The notes below the pieces were generated by a model. That model saw only the letters and a program-made list of their open reading frames with translations. It ran no database searches and was not told where the DNA came from. The position numbers and the translations under genes are program-made. This document shows positions 1 to 9,553 of a stretch of DNA of 64,000 bases, one piece after another; position 1 is the stretch's first letter, and every line of letters starts with the position of its first letter. This stretch comes from Escherichia phage AnnaHegner_Bas87: sequence record PQ850594.1; one strand, given 5' to 3'.

Positions 1-50
1 AATAAGTAATGAAACTACTATATCCAAAAGGAAAATGAAAGGAGAAGAAA

Positions 51-269
51 ATGAAAATGATGAAACAGGTAACTTATGGTCTAGCTTGCTTAGGGACAGG
101 TTTTGTGATTTCCACAGCAGTACCTGTAAATGCAGTAGGCTCTCATTCTATTATAGAAGCTCCTGTAGAGAAGCTTAGTTCTCAATGTAAACAAAGGACC
201 ATTCAAAATAATTTGGTTGTTATTTGCCCAGACGCTCAATCTTCAGCTCTGAGAAAAATTCTTCCTTAA
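51..269 (+). CDS. small exported or membrane protein, possible lysis accessory
   Basis: GGAG RBS 5 nt upstream; N-terminal MKMMKQ + hydrophobic stretch + VNA-like cleavage site; sits immediately upstream of endolysin. Confidence 0.3.
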   Translation: MKMMKQVTYGLACLGTGFVISTAVPVNAVGSHSIIEAPVEKLSSQCKQRTIQNNLVVICPDAQSSALRKILP

Positions 270-302
270 TTGACCTAAAATAACAACAAAAGGAGGTCAA
301 AG

Positions 303-794
303 ATGGACGCTATCGCATTGCCGCCTGTACAGATGAGCCTAAGTCCGGCTGGTATGGAGTTTATCATGAAGCATGAAGGCATGAGAACTAAAGCCTATAA
401 AGACTCCGCTGGAATCTGGACTATATGTGTAGGGGCTACGCGCGATATGAATGGGTATCCAGTAAGACAAGGATTAACGTATTCTATAGAGGATTGTCTA
501 GCTCTGCTAGATAGAGACACACAAGACTCTGTTCGTGCTACTCAGAAAAACATAAGAGTTCCTATGCTAGCTCATGAATTTGATGCTGTCACTTCTTTCA
601 ACTTTAATGTTGGTGGTGGTGCTTTGTCAGCTTCAAAACTTAGGAAAGTGATCAACGGAGATGTGAAGGGTGATGTTTACTCAGAGTTCTTACGTTGGGA
701 TAAGATAACTGTTAAAGGTGTAAAGCAGCGGAGTCCGGGACTTCACAATCGCAGGGTTGCAGAAGCAAATCTATACACTACAGGAAAATATTAA
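303..794 (+). CDS. endolysin, T4-lysozyme-like (GH24) muramidase
   Basis: HEGMRTKAYKDSAGIWTICVGAT matches the catalytic E...D...T region of phage lysozymes; RBS AAGGAGG upstream. Confidence 0.85.
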   Translation: MDAIALPPVQMSLSPAGMEFIMKHEGMRTKAYKDSAGIWTICVGATRDMNGYPVRQGLTYSIEDCLALLDRDTQDSVRATQKNIRVPMLAHEFDAVTSFNFNVGGGALSASKLRKVINGDVKGDVYSEFLRWDKITVKGVKQRSPGLHNRRVAEANLYTTGKY

Positions 795-806
795 TGGAGG
801 TGCCTT

Positions 807-1610
807 TTGGCTATCGAAACAACTGCAGTAGTTACTACCGACTTAAACCCTCTGTACCCACGGGACAGGGATTATCTTTATGAAGGGGCTGCCCAGATAC
901 GACTGGTCAAACAAGTCTTAATTAACACTTTCCCTAACATCACAGAGCCGGTTCAACTTGATTCGGATTCTTTCAATATCCTAGCAAACAAGGTCTCTTT
1001 TACTGGAGACTCTATGGATGTTGGTGGTTTGATGATCAAAAACTTAACTCCGGGAACAGGAGACAAAGATGCTGTAACCAAGGGTCAGATGGAAGCTTTC
1101 ATGTTAAACTGGATGCAGAATAAACTCTATCGTATTGGAGCTTACTATATCACTGAAGAAGATATCAACCCCGGAGATTCTAGCTCTCTTGGCTTCGGTT
1201 CTTGGGCTAAAGTAACTGGTGTTGTTATGGGTACTGGTGTTGTTAACCCTGACGGTTCGGTTCCTAACGCCCAGCGTGTGGAATTCCAAGCAGGTGGCAC
1301 AGGAGGTCGAGTATTCAACACAATCCGTGCTGACAATATGCCTCTTACTACAATCAATGGTTCCAGTTTTCAAGTTAGTTCTTATTCTCACTCACATAAT
1401 ATCACGATGGGTCGTGGAGATGCTAGCGGTCACAACAGCAGTCCTAATTGGTACAGTCCGGGTGGTGGTTATACTCAGGTAACTGATACTAACACTCACT
1501 CTCACTCGATTACAGGTTCTGTTAGTTTTGGACGTGATGATGTATCGAGACAACCTATCAACACTTTGCCGCCTTTCAGAGCAGCGCATATCTGGAGACG
1601 TATTAGCTAA
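807..1610 (+). CDS. tail fibre / tail-associated structural protein
   Basis: Gly/Ser/Thr-rich with HSHS repeats, in structural block after endolysin; no enzymatic motif. Confidence 0.4.
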   Translation: MAIETTAVVTTDLNPLYPRDRDYLYEGAAQIRLVKQVLINTFPNITEPVQLDSDSFNILANKVSFTGDSMDVGGLMIKNLTPGTGDKDAVTKGQMEAFMLNWMQNKLYRIGAYYITEEDINPGDSSSLGFGSWAKVTGVVMGTGVVNPDGSVPNAQRVEFQAGGTGGRVFNTIRADNMPLTTINGSSFQVSSYSHSHNITMGRGDASGHNSSPNWYSPGGGYTQVTDTNTHSHSITGSVSFGRDDVSRQPINTLPPFRAAHIWRRIS

Positions 1611-1619
1611 GGAGGAACT

Positions 1620-4600
1620 ATGGCGCTTTATCCAATAAAATCTTTAGGGGCTGTAGGGGTTATTGCTGACCAAGCTCCGACTGATTTAGCACCTAATGCT
1701 TTCACTAATGCTATCAATGCCCGCTTTGTAGAGCAAAGAGTTTTTAAGACGGGGGGCAATGCCCCTCTTTCTTATGTAGAAGAAGATAAAGAGATTACAC
1801 CACTTTCTTTTATATCAATGCCTTTTGACTACTATAGTGCAGGTAATAGCTTTCTGATTGTTGGTACAGACAAAAAGCTATACAAGCTAACAGATGAAAG
1901 TTTGACAGATATTAGCCGAAAGGTTGCTACTGTCACAAAAAGAGCTTCCGCTTCTATTAAGATATATCCGGTTGTTTCTCAGATTGTTCCTAAAGAAACT
2001 TCTATTTCAATGAATTTCAATCAAACTAAAGCCTTGGAAGTTTCTATTCTTCCTGAAGATGCTAATAACACAGCTTTAGTTTGGGAGGTTAGTAATTCTT
2101 CTTATGGTAAAGTAGAAGCTGACACCGAGAACCCTAAAACTGCAACCTTGACGTCTTATGAAAAAGAAGGGAATTTAGTAGTTACTGTATCAACAGCTGA
2201 TAAATCTATTAGTGCTCAGATTGCAGTAAACATCATAGATGGTGATTCTGGTATCTTCTTAAGTCAGGATACAATAACTGTCCGCAAAGGTGGTAACACA
2301 ACGCTAACTGCTGTTACTGGAAAAACTCCTGTAACTTGGGTCTCTAGTAATGCTTCTGTTGTGTCTGTAACACCTAATGCTAATACACTGACAGCTACTT
2401 TGTCTGCTAATGGTGAGGGTACTGTAACAATAACTGCTGATAACGGAACTAAGAGTGCTTCTTGTCAAGTTACTGTTATACCTCAGATAGATAGTATCAC
2501 TCTGAGTCAGACAAGCGTTCAAATGAGCAGGGGTACTCAGTATGTTTTAACTGCTACGGTTAATCCTTCAGATGCTCCCAATAAAAGCATAACTTGGACT
2601 TCCTCTAATCCTACCATTGCCACAGTTTCTGGAAATAGTACAGAAGCGGTAATAACAGGGTTACTAGCTGGGTTTACTGAAATCACAGCTGTTACTCAAG
2701 AGGGTGATAGATCAGCAACCTGTACAGTGAGAGTTGATTTAGCTGGGAGAATGATGCGAACTTCTGCAATGGCTTTATCAGAACCTGTTGTAGATTCTAT
2801 ACAAGAAGAAGAAACCAATAATACTCCTATCGAATCAGAAGAGGTTTTATATTTTGTTAATGAGCCATCTGGAGTTGATACCTCAGGAATGTATGAAGGT
2901 AACAACTTCTATGATTACTCAAACGTCAACGATATGGAAGGTTTTGCACGAGCTGCACTCATGTCCAGCGATACTCCGTTGCAATCTTTATCACTAGATA
3001 TCATCGATGCCTCTCTTGATGTTGGGGAAGATATTGTAATCACAGCCAATGCTTTGCCTGAGGGAGAGTATTTCTATCAGTGGACAGTGGACAAAGCAGG
3101 ATATGTTTCAACCACATCTACTACCGGGAAATCTCTAAAACTGACAGCTATTCGTAAAGGTGAGATCAAAGTTACTTGTACTGCTAGTCAAATGACTCAG
3201 AAAGATTATGATGCTTTTGACGACTATCCTTGGTATCACACCATAATCTCTAACTGTGCAGTGGCTACCACTCACTATGAAACACCACAGGTCAAAGAAT
3301 TTGAATCTGAGTATTTCGTAGATCTTCCGGGATGGGGTGAGCAAACAGTCGTTGATAATGATGGCAACCCTTCTGTTAAGAAATTTAACTGGAAGTGTGA
3401 GCGTATTCGTGCATTCAACAACAGACTTTTTGCTCTGAATATGAGGGAATCTAATGCATCTGGTGTAACTACTCACTACCCTCTAAGACTTCGGTGGTCG
3501 AATTTCGCTAACGAAAACAAAGCTCCATCTCTTTGGGATGATTATGCTTATGATCGTTTAACAACTTCAGACCTATCAGCAAACATTGTTGGTCAAACTG
3601 AGGCTTTGGAAAATGGGTACGCTGGGTATATAGATTTAGCAGATTCTAACGGAAGCTTGATTGATGTACTTCCTCTGAAAGATTACCTTTTTGTTTACAC
3701 GGAGTTCGAAACCTACATTGGCTCTCCAACCAATAACACATATCAGCCCCTTATGTTTAAGAAGCTGTTTAATGACTCTGGCATACTTGCTCCTGAGTGT
3801 GCAGTTGAAGTCGAAGGTGGACACTTCGTAGTAACTCAAAATGATGTGATCTTACATAATGGTGCATCTAAAAAATCTATAGCATCTAACCGAGTCAAGA
3901 ATCTTCTCATTAATGAGATCTGTCTAGTAAACCCTCTAGCTACTAGAGTTCACCTACACCAAGACAAGAAAGAGGTTTGGGTTTTATATGTAGGTCCGGG
4001 AGAGCCTAAAGAGAGTTTTGCTTGTAATAAAGCCGCTGTTTGGAATTATGAGTTTGACACTTGGTCTTTCCGTACAATACCATATGCTCAGTGTATTGGG
4101 TTAGTCGATCCACCAGTTCTTGAGAGAGGTCCAATCTGGGCAGATTTTCAAGAGATCACTTGGGATGATCCCTCTATTAACCAATTAGTCTGGAGAAAGG
4201 ATGCTAATAACTTCCGTCAAAGGATTACAATAGTTGGCTCTTTCCTGAAGGGATTCTATCAAGTGGATGTTGGTGCTCTGGACTACATCTACGATAGAAC
4301 CAATGATAGGATTATAGAAAAACCTTTAGAAATGAGGCTAGAAAGAACTGGTATTGATTTTGATAATGTCACTAATGAGTGGAATCAAAAACATATTAAT
4401 AGATTTAGACCTCAAGTTACTGGTACAGGTACTTATACTTTTGAAGTCGGTGGAAGTCAATTCTCAAACGAGTATGGACACAATCACTCAACTAAAGAGT
4501 TTAGGGTAGGCTCAGATCGTCATGTATCCGTGAGACTGAACCATCCATACCTATTCTATAATGTTATAGATAATGATGTTAACAGTAATGCTTCTATGAA

Positions 4601-4640
4601 TGGTTTAACCATAGAGTTTAGTGTTGGCGGTCGAAGATAA
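1620..4640 (+). CDS. tail fibre or tailspike protein with bacterial Ig-like (Big_2-type) repeats
   Basis: 1006 aa; repeated ~80 aa Ig-like units (e.g. VTITADNGTKSASCQVTV, ITAVTQEGDRSATCTVRV); T7-like tail-fibre style N-terminus. Confidence 0.6.
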   Translation: MALYPIKSLGAVGVIADQAPTDLAPNAFTNAINARFVEQRVFKTGGNAPLSYVEEDKEITPLSFISMPFDYYSAGNSFLIVGTDKKLYKLTDESLTDISRKVATVTKRASASIKIYPVVSQIVPKETSISMNFNQTKALEVSILPEDANNTALVWEVSNSSYGKVEADTENPKTATLTSYEKEGNLVVTVSTADKSISAQIAVNIIDGDSGIFLSQDTITVRKGGNTTLTAVTGKTPVTWVSSNASVVSVTPNANTLTATLSANGEGTVTITADNGTKSASCQVTVIPQIDSITLSQTSVQMSRGTQYVLTATVNPSDAPNKSITWTSSNPTIATVSGNSTEAVITGLLAGFTEITAVTQEGDRSATCTVRVDLAGRMMRTSAMALSEPVVDSIQEEETNNTPIESEEVLYFVNEPSGVDTSGMYEGNNFYDYSNVNDMEGFARAALMSSDTPLQSLSLDIIDASLDVGEDIVITANALPEGEYFYQWTVDKAGYVSTTSTTGKSLKLTAIRKGEIKVTCTASQMTQKDYDAFDDYPWYHTIISNCAVATTHYETPQVKEFESEYFVDLPGWGEQTVVDNDGNPSVKKFNWKCERIRAFNNRLFALNMRESNASGVTTHYPLRLRWSNFANENKAPSLWDDYAYDRLTTSDLSANIVGQTEALENGYAGYIDLADSNGSLIDVLPLKDYLFVYTEFETYIGSPTNNTYQPLMFKKLFNDSGILAPECAVEVEGGHFVVTQNDVILHNGASKKSIASNRVKNLLINEICLVNPLATRVHLHQDKKEVWVLYVGPGEPKESFACNKAAVWNYEFDTWSFRTIPYAQCIGLVDPPVLERGPIWADFQEITWDDPSINQLVWRKDANNFRQRITIVGSFLKGFYQVDVGALDYIYDRTNDRIIEKPLEMRLERTGIDFDNVTNEWNQKHINRFRPQVTGTGTYTFEVGGSQFSNEYGHNHSTKEFRVGSDRHVSVRLNHPYLFYNVIDNDVNSNASMNGLTIEFSVGGRR

Positions 4641-4644
4641 CAAA

Positions 4645-4673
4645 TAGGGGCTTCGGCCCCTTTTATTGTTTTT
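4645..4673 (+). terminator. rho-independent terminator
   Basis: GGGGC-TTCG-GCCCC hairpin followed by TTTTATTGTTTTT directly after stop codon. Confidence 0.75.
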
Positions 4674-4687
4674 AATTGGAGGTACTT

Positions 4688-5656
4688 ATGGGTGCTGGAG
4701 GTTTTCGAAAGAATACTGGTAGAAACAACACCACACTTCCGTACAATGTTGGTTTTCTAAACAATGTGCAGGATACAGAAACTTACAACGTTGCCGTCTA
4801 TGATGAACTACAAAAAGTTAGTACAGCAACTAATCAGATGTTTCAAGCTATTGATGAAATACATGAAGAAATTGATGTTAGGATTAAAGCTCTTAATGCA
4901 ATGAATCTTCAATTTGATGAACTTGAAAACAGAATTACTACAGAGATCGAAACAGCTATTGCTGATATTCAAACACAGATGGGCAATCTGTCCACTGAAG
5001 ATATTTGGGATAATTCAGTACAACCGCCAGTTAAGCTAGAAAGTTCTATGGCAGGGTTTAAAACTTCTATAGAAGGTAATGAGGTTAAGATACAATCTGT
5101 TGAGGGAATCGTAAACCAGCAGGGAGAGGAAATTGGCTTAGTTCAAACAGAGATCTCCAACATTAACAGCAGTCTATCTTCTTATATGAAGCTATCTGAC
5201 TACGAAGCTACGTGGGGAATTAACTCAAATGTCAACGGTAGGTATGCTGGTGTCAAACTAACTAACAACGGCACGAATAGTCAGTTCCAAGTTACAGCTG
5301 ATAAGTTTGTTGTAGGTGATGGTAACTCGGGTAATACACCTTTTGTATTTGAAGGAGGTCGAGCTAAGATAGAGTTTGCTGATATTAAGAACGTCAATAT
5401 CACAACTGCTCAAATTGCTAATGCTCGTATTCAGTTTGCTCAAATAGATAACGTGTGGATTACTGATGGTCAGATTGCCAATCTTACAGCTAACAAGATC
5501 ACTGCTGGCTCTATGAGTGGTTCAAACTGGAGACTTACTGTTGGTGGGGATTTTGTGATGGGTGGCACAGGTGGGGCACAGCTCTGGATGAATGGTAATA
5601 GAATTGATTTCTATGATGGGAGCGGTGCACTGAGAATCAGAATAGGGAGTTGGTAA
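4688..5656 (+). CDS. tail fibre-like structural protein
   Basis: start moved to ATG at 4688 (GGAGG RBS; track ORF begins at in-frame TTG 4676); coiled-coil N-half, Gly-rich C-half. Confidence 0.4.
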   Translation: MGAGGFRKNTGRNNTTLPYNVGFLNNVQDTETYNVAVYDELQKVSTATNQMFQAIDEIHEEIDVRIKALNAMNLQFDELENRITTEIETAIADIQTQMGNLSTEDIWDNSVQPPVKLESSMAGFKTSIEGNEVKIQSVEGIVNQQGEEIGLVQTEISNINSSLSSYMKLSDYEATWGINSNVNGRYAGVKLTNNGTNSQFQVTADKFVVGDGNSGNTPFVFEGGRAKIEFADIKNVNITTAQIANARIQFAQIDNVWITDGQIANLTANKITAGSMSGSNWRLTVGGDFVMGGTGGAQLWMNGNRIDFYDGSGALRIRIGSW

Positions 5657-5657
5657 T

Positions 5658-6689
5658 ATGGCTTATGGAATATGGTGTCAACCTGTAGGACCGGGACCAG
5701 CTTCCCCAGCTCCTCTCTTTATTGATAGCGGAAGCACTTTTCCTCAAATAAAAAATTCAATAAGTGGGAGTTTCAACTTTAACGGGGCTGGTAGATCTTT
5801 TCCTATTAGTGGGTGGGATGGGAGTGGTCAAATAGTGATTGTACCAACAGGCTCTCTTTGTTGGCAATGGGAGGTTCCTCCTAATTTAGTTCCTGATGTA
5901 TATTGTGTCAACAATATCTATGTAGAGAATAACACATCATTCAGGGTTACATTAAACCAAAACCCGGGAAGCAACCCTTTGTTTGACTGTGGTTTCAATG
6001 TATATCAAATCTACCCAAGAGCTGATAGGAACTATGGAATAACCTTCTCTAATACAGCTGATTATTTCTCTATCTCAGATGCTGGGATTGTGGGTCAATG
6101 CATCTGGGCTTGGCAAGGAACTATAAACAACGCTCTACAGATACCTGATATTGGTGGTTTCTATATGCCTAATGCTGTAGTTTTTGCTAACTGGTCTGAT
6201 GGTGGTGTTGGTTTATCTTATACATCAGGAGATAGGGTGATTCGAGTTTATCAAAACAGGTCTTATAACAATGGCAACACTAATGAAGGTGGTTCTGTGT
6301 TTGCTAGGGTTGCTGTATTTTGTAATGGTGCTGGGGTTCCTGAACACAACGGCGGTTTAAATATATACTCTCCCGGAACTACTCAGTGCGTATTCTCTAC
6401 TTATAGGTCTCCTTTTACAGTAGACACTTTCGTAGGCTCAGCAGGTGGAAATACTGGCTTAGCTTATCCTATGATTCCTCTGTCTTCTGGAGTTGGAGCT
6501 ATCAGAGGAAGTGGGAGTGGTTGGTATTATCAACAAATGCGTTCTCATACCATGTCAGGGTCTTCAATAGGAACTGGATATGGTAGATATATGTTCCAAT
6601 GGTCTAACAGTTATGACTTAGGTTCTAATGCTGCTGTTAATATCTCCATCCCTGTAATCAACGCTGCTAAGATTTTTGCAGGTTTATGA
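5658..6689 (+). CDS. tail fibre / receptor-binding-like structural protein
   Basis: Gly/Asn-rich beta-type composition, structural block; no catalytic motif. Confidence 0.35.
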   Translation: MAYGIWCQPVGPGPASPAPLFIDSGSTFPQIKNSISGSFNFNGAGRSFPISGWDGSGQIVIVPTGSLCWQWEVPPNLVPDVYCVNNIYVENNTSFRVTLNQNPGSNPLFDCGFNVYQIYPRADRNYGITFSNTADYFSISDAGIVGQCIWAWQGTINNALQIPDIGGFYMPNAVVFANWSDGGVGLSYTSGDRVIRVYQNRSYNNGNTNEGGSVFARVAVFCNGAGVPEHNGGLNIYSPGTTQCVFSTYRSPFTVDTFVGSAGGNTGLAYPMIPLSSGVGAIRGSGSGWYYQQMRSHTMSGSSIGTGYGRYMFQWSNSYDLGSNAAVNISIPVINAAKIFAGL

Positions 6690-6701
6690 TAAGGAGTTTT
6701 T

Positions 6702-7499
6702 ATGACAAAAATAATGGGAGTGTCAGAGCTTGACCCTTTGGTCCAACAAGCTTCTAAGAAATATGGCATTCCTGCTGCTCTTATACATGCAGTGATTCAG
6801 AGAGAGTCTAATGGAAGACCTTCTGTTGAATCTGGTACAGGACCAGTAGGTTTAATGCAAATCAGTAAGGGGTTGGCTAAAGATTATGGATATAAACTTG
6901 AAGATAGGTTAGACCCTGCAAAGAATATTGACATGGGTGCTAGATATTTAAGAGATAACCTGAAAGCTTTTGATGGTGATGTGAGGAAGGCTTTGGTGGG
7001 GTATTCAGAAGGAACTGGTGGTGCTAAGCAAATGTTTGCTGGTAAGAGAGGGTTTACACCTCAAGCTTTAGATTCAATGAATAATAAGCTGTTCCTACCA
7101 TTCTTTGATAAGAACACAGCAGCGGCACAAGTGGCTAATCCTGTAGGTGCTTTGAAAGCAGTTCAGCCTGTGGACCAGTTTGATTCTAATACGCTGACTA
7201 GAGAAGGTGCTGCAAACGCTCCTACTCAAGCAGAGATAGCTGCAAGCAAGGCTGGAGCTTTAGGTGGTCGTCCTGTAGAGTTTTACTCTGATGAACAATC
7301 TACTGGGGAAAATCAAAAACCTCAACAGAACTTTGGAAATGCTGTATTGGCAGCTGCTTCTATGCTTGCAGGAAAACAGCCTAACTCTCAAACCGTACAG
7401 AGAGCACATGCCCCTACTCAAGCAGGTTCTCGATACAGTCCACAAACACAAGCCGTGCTGAGACGTTTGTCTAGCATAGGTACTGATATTTACAGATAA
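6702..7499 (+). CDS. virion-associated lytic transglycosylase (SLT domain)
   Basis: ESNGRPSVESGTGPVGLMQIS matches the SLT catalytic Glu and GLMQ motif. Confidence 0.7.
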   Translation: MTKIMGVSELDPLVQQASKKYGIPAALIHAVIQRESNGRPSVESGTGPVGLMQISKGLAKDYGYKLEDRLDPAKNIDMGARYLRDNLKAFDGDVRKALVGYSEGTGGAKQMFAGKRGFTPQALDSMNNKLFLPFFDKNTAAAQVANPVGALKAVQPVDQFDSNTLTREGAANAPTQAEIAASKAGALGGRPVEFYSDEQSTGENQKPQQNFGNAVLAAASMLAGKQPNSQTVQRAHAPTQAGSRYSPQTQAVLRRLSSIGTDIYR

Positions 7500-7508
7500 G
7501 GAGGACGT

Positions 7509-8561
7509 ATGTCTCTTTTCGGTTCTGCTCCTAAATCTAAGACTACGGTAGCTCCGTCTTCTCAGGTTGATGCTCTTCTGAAACAGATTGTAGCAAATGC
7601 TCAGGCTATGAATCAAAACGATCAAGGTTTTATTAATCGTAACATAGCAGGTTTTAATGAAAATCAAACAGCAGCTCTTTCTAATTTAGCAAATTCTAAC
7701 ACACTCAACCAACTCAGTAAGATGTACACCCCTAGAACTCAACAAGGGTTGGACCAGATGAATGAGTTGGCTCAGAAATATCAAAACCTAGTTAATAAAG
7801 GTGGTATCACTGCTCAGGATGTTAATAATTTTAGCTCTGGATTGAATAGCTCTGCTTTAGCTAAGTCTACAGGTAAAGCTGCTGCTAATGTATCTCTTGG
7901 TAATGGTTCTGATTCAGGTTCTCTTAGACGTGCTGCTGCTCAAGGTGCTGCTCTCTCTTCAGCGAATACAAACCTTTCTCGTTCTATTCAAGGTAAAAAC
8001 ATGGGTGTTAGCAATCTTATGAATAACAACTCCTATCAGCAAGGTTTGCTCAATGCTCAATCGGGTCTAGCAAATCAGAATCTGAATCTAGGAGCTGCTG
8101 GGGTACAAGCTGGTCAACAGGCAATACAGAATCAGCTCACTGCTGGGAATCTTCAACAACAGCAAGATCAACTCCAAGCTAACAACAATTGGGAGAATGC
8201 TATTGGCAATCAGCAGTATGGTTGGAATCAGCTTAACAACCAGCTTAATGTATTAAACTCAGTAAGCCCAATGGCTGGGTACACCATTACTAACAAAGGT
8301 GCTGCCCCTAATGTTTCACAACAAATCCTTGGTGCTGGGGTTACTGGTCTTGGTATTGCTGGACGTCTAGGTGCTTTTACCCCTAATCAGCAAACTACTA
8401 ATGCTTGGAACTCATACAATGCTTCTGGAGGTCAAGCTGGGATGGCTGGTCCTATGATTGGTGGCTCAAACCTGTCTCAACAGAATGGTCAGAGCAACTG
8501 GTTATCTACCGCAGGAAGTAATATCTTAGGTGGTGTTCTAGGAGCCTTTGGAGCAAATTAA
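7509..8561 (+). CDS. N/Q-rich internal virion protein
   Basis: low-complexity Asn/Gln/Gly-rich; N-terminus MSLFGSAPKSKTT paralogous to next gene. Confidence 0.4.
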   Translation: MSLFGSAPKSKTTVAPSSQVDALLKQIVANAQAMNQNDQGFINRNIAGFNENQTAALSNLANSNTLNQLSKMYTPRTQQGLDQMNELAQKYQNLVNKGGITAQDVNNFSSGLNSSALAKSTGKAAANVSLGNGSDSGSLRRAAAQGAALSSANTNLSRSIQGKNMGVSNLMNNNSYQQGLLNAQSGLANQNLNLGAAGVQAGQQAIQNQLTAGNLQQQQDQLQANNNWENAIGNQQYGWNQLNNQLNVLNSVSPMAGYTITNKGAAPNVSQQILGAGVTGLGIAGRLGAFTPNQQTTNAWNSYNASGGQAGMAGPMIGGSNLSQQNGQSNWLSTAGSNILGGVLGAFGAN

Positions 8562-8570
8562 GGAGGAGCT

Positions 8571-9539
8571 ATGGCTTTATTTGGTAGTGGGAGTAGCAAG
8601 ACTACTTCTAAAATGACAAGACCTGACTACATTCAGTCCTATATTGATCAGTTGGTCAATCAGGTTAATAACACTAGTTCAGGCGATTATGTGTATCGAG
8701 AAAATGTTGGACTTAATCAAAACCAGCAAGAAGCTCTGAACAATCTATCACAATCTGGTGCATTAGGTGCACTTTCTTCTCAGTATATGGATGCTGCTCA
8801 ATCTGGTTTAGGTTATCTAGATAATGCATACTCTGGATATAACAACCTGTCTAACTCTGGTCAAATCACTGGGGAACAGATTGGTGCTCTTGCAGGCCAG
8901 CTCTATGACGACGAGGCTGTGCAAGCAGCTATTGCAGCGAATAATGAACAAACCCAACAGAGTTTGGCTAGGAATGCACTTCCTCAAATCTCTCAGCAGT
9001 TTGCTGGTCAGCAAGGTTCTGGTGCACGTATGGCTAAATCTTTTGCTCAGGGTGATGCTCTGAACCAGATGCAGAACACAGCAACTAATATTACTAACAG
9101 TGCTTATGACTCCGCTCTAACTCAAGCACAGAACATTCTTTCTGGTAATAGACAAACACAAGCATCTGCTTTGGGTGGTTTATCTAACATTGGCTCCAAT
9201 CTTGCTAATCTAGGAAACCAAGCTGGTCAGTTATCACAACAGCAAATGATGAATCAGTGGAATGCAGGACTGCAACAGCAGCAACAACAGCAGTCTGATT
9301 TGAACAATGCTTATGAGAATGCTCAGAATGCCGCTAATTGGGGTTGGCAGGATATTAACAATCAACTAGGTGCTGCCGGGGTTCTTAATGGAGCTTTAGG
9401 GACAACCACAACTACTAAAACATCTGGTGGTAGTGGAGGCTTCCTAGGTGGTGCTGCTAGCGGTGCTGCTGCTGGCTCAGCTTTTGGCCCTTGGGGTGCT
9501 TTAGCTGGCGGTGTTATCGGTGGCTTAGCTAGCTCTTAA
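8571..9539 (+). CDS. N/Q-rich internal virion protein (paralog of 7509-8561)
   Basis: MALFGSGSSKTT N-terminus, QQQQQQ tract, Gly-rich C-terminus. Confidence 0.4.
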   Translation: MALFGSGSSKTTSKMTRPDYIQSYIDQLVNQVNNTSSGDYVYRENVGLNQNQQEALNNLSQSGALGALSSQYMDAAQSGLGYLDNAYSGYNNLSNSGQITGEQIGALAGQLYDDEAVQAAIAANNEQTQQSLARNALPQISQQFAGQQGSGARMAKSFAQGDALNQMQNTATNITNSAYDSALTQAQNILSGNRQTQASALGGLSNIGSNLANLGNQAGQLSQQQMMNQWNAGLQQQQQQQSDLNNAYENAQNAANWGWQDINNQLGAAGVLNGALGTTTTTKTSGGSGGFLGGAASGAAAGSAFGPWGALAGGVIGGLASS

Positions 9540-9553
9540 TTAGGAGAATAATT

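Noticed and set aside
1104-1589. Antisense ORFs inside structural genes (1104-1391, 1145-1357, 1392-1589 minus; similar cases elsewhere)
   Set aside because: Fully contained within longer, motif-supported genes on the opposite strand; no RBS; shadow ORFs.
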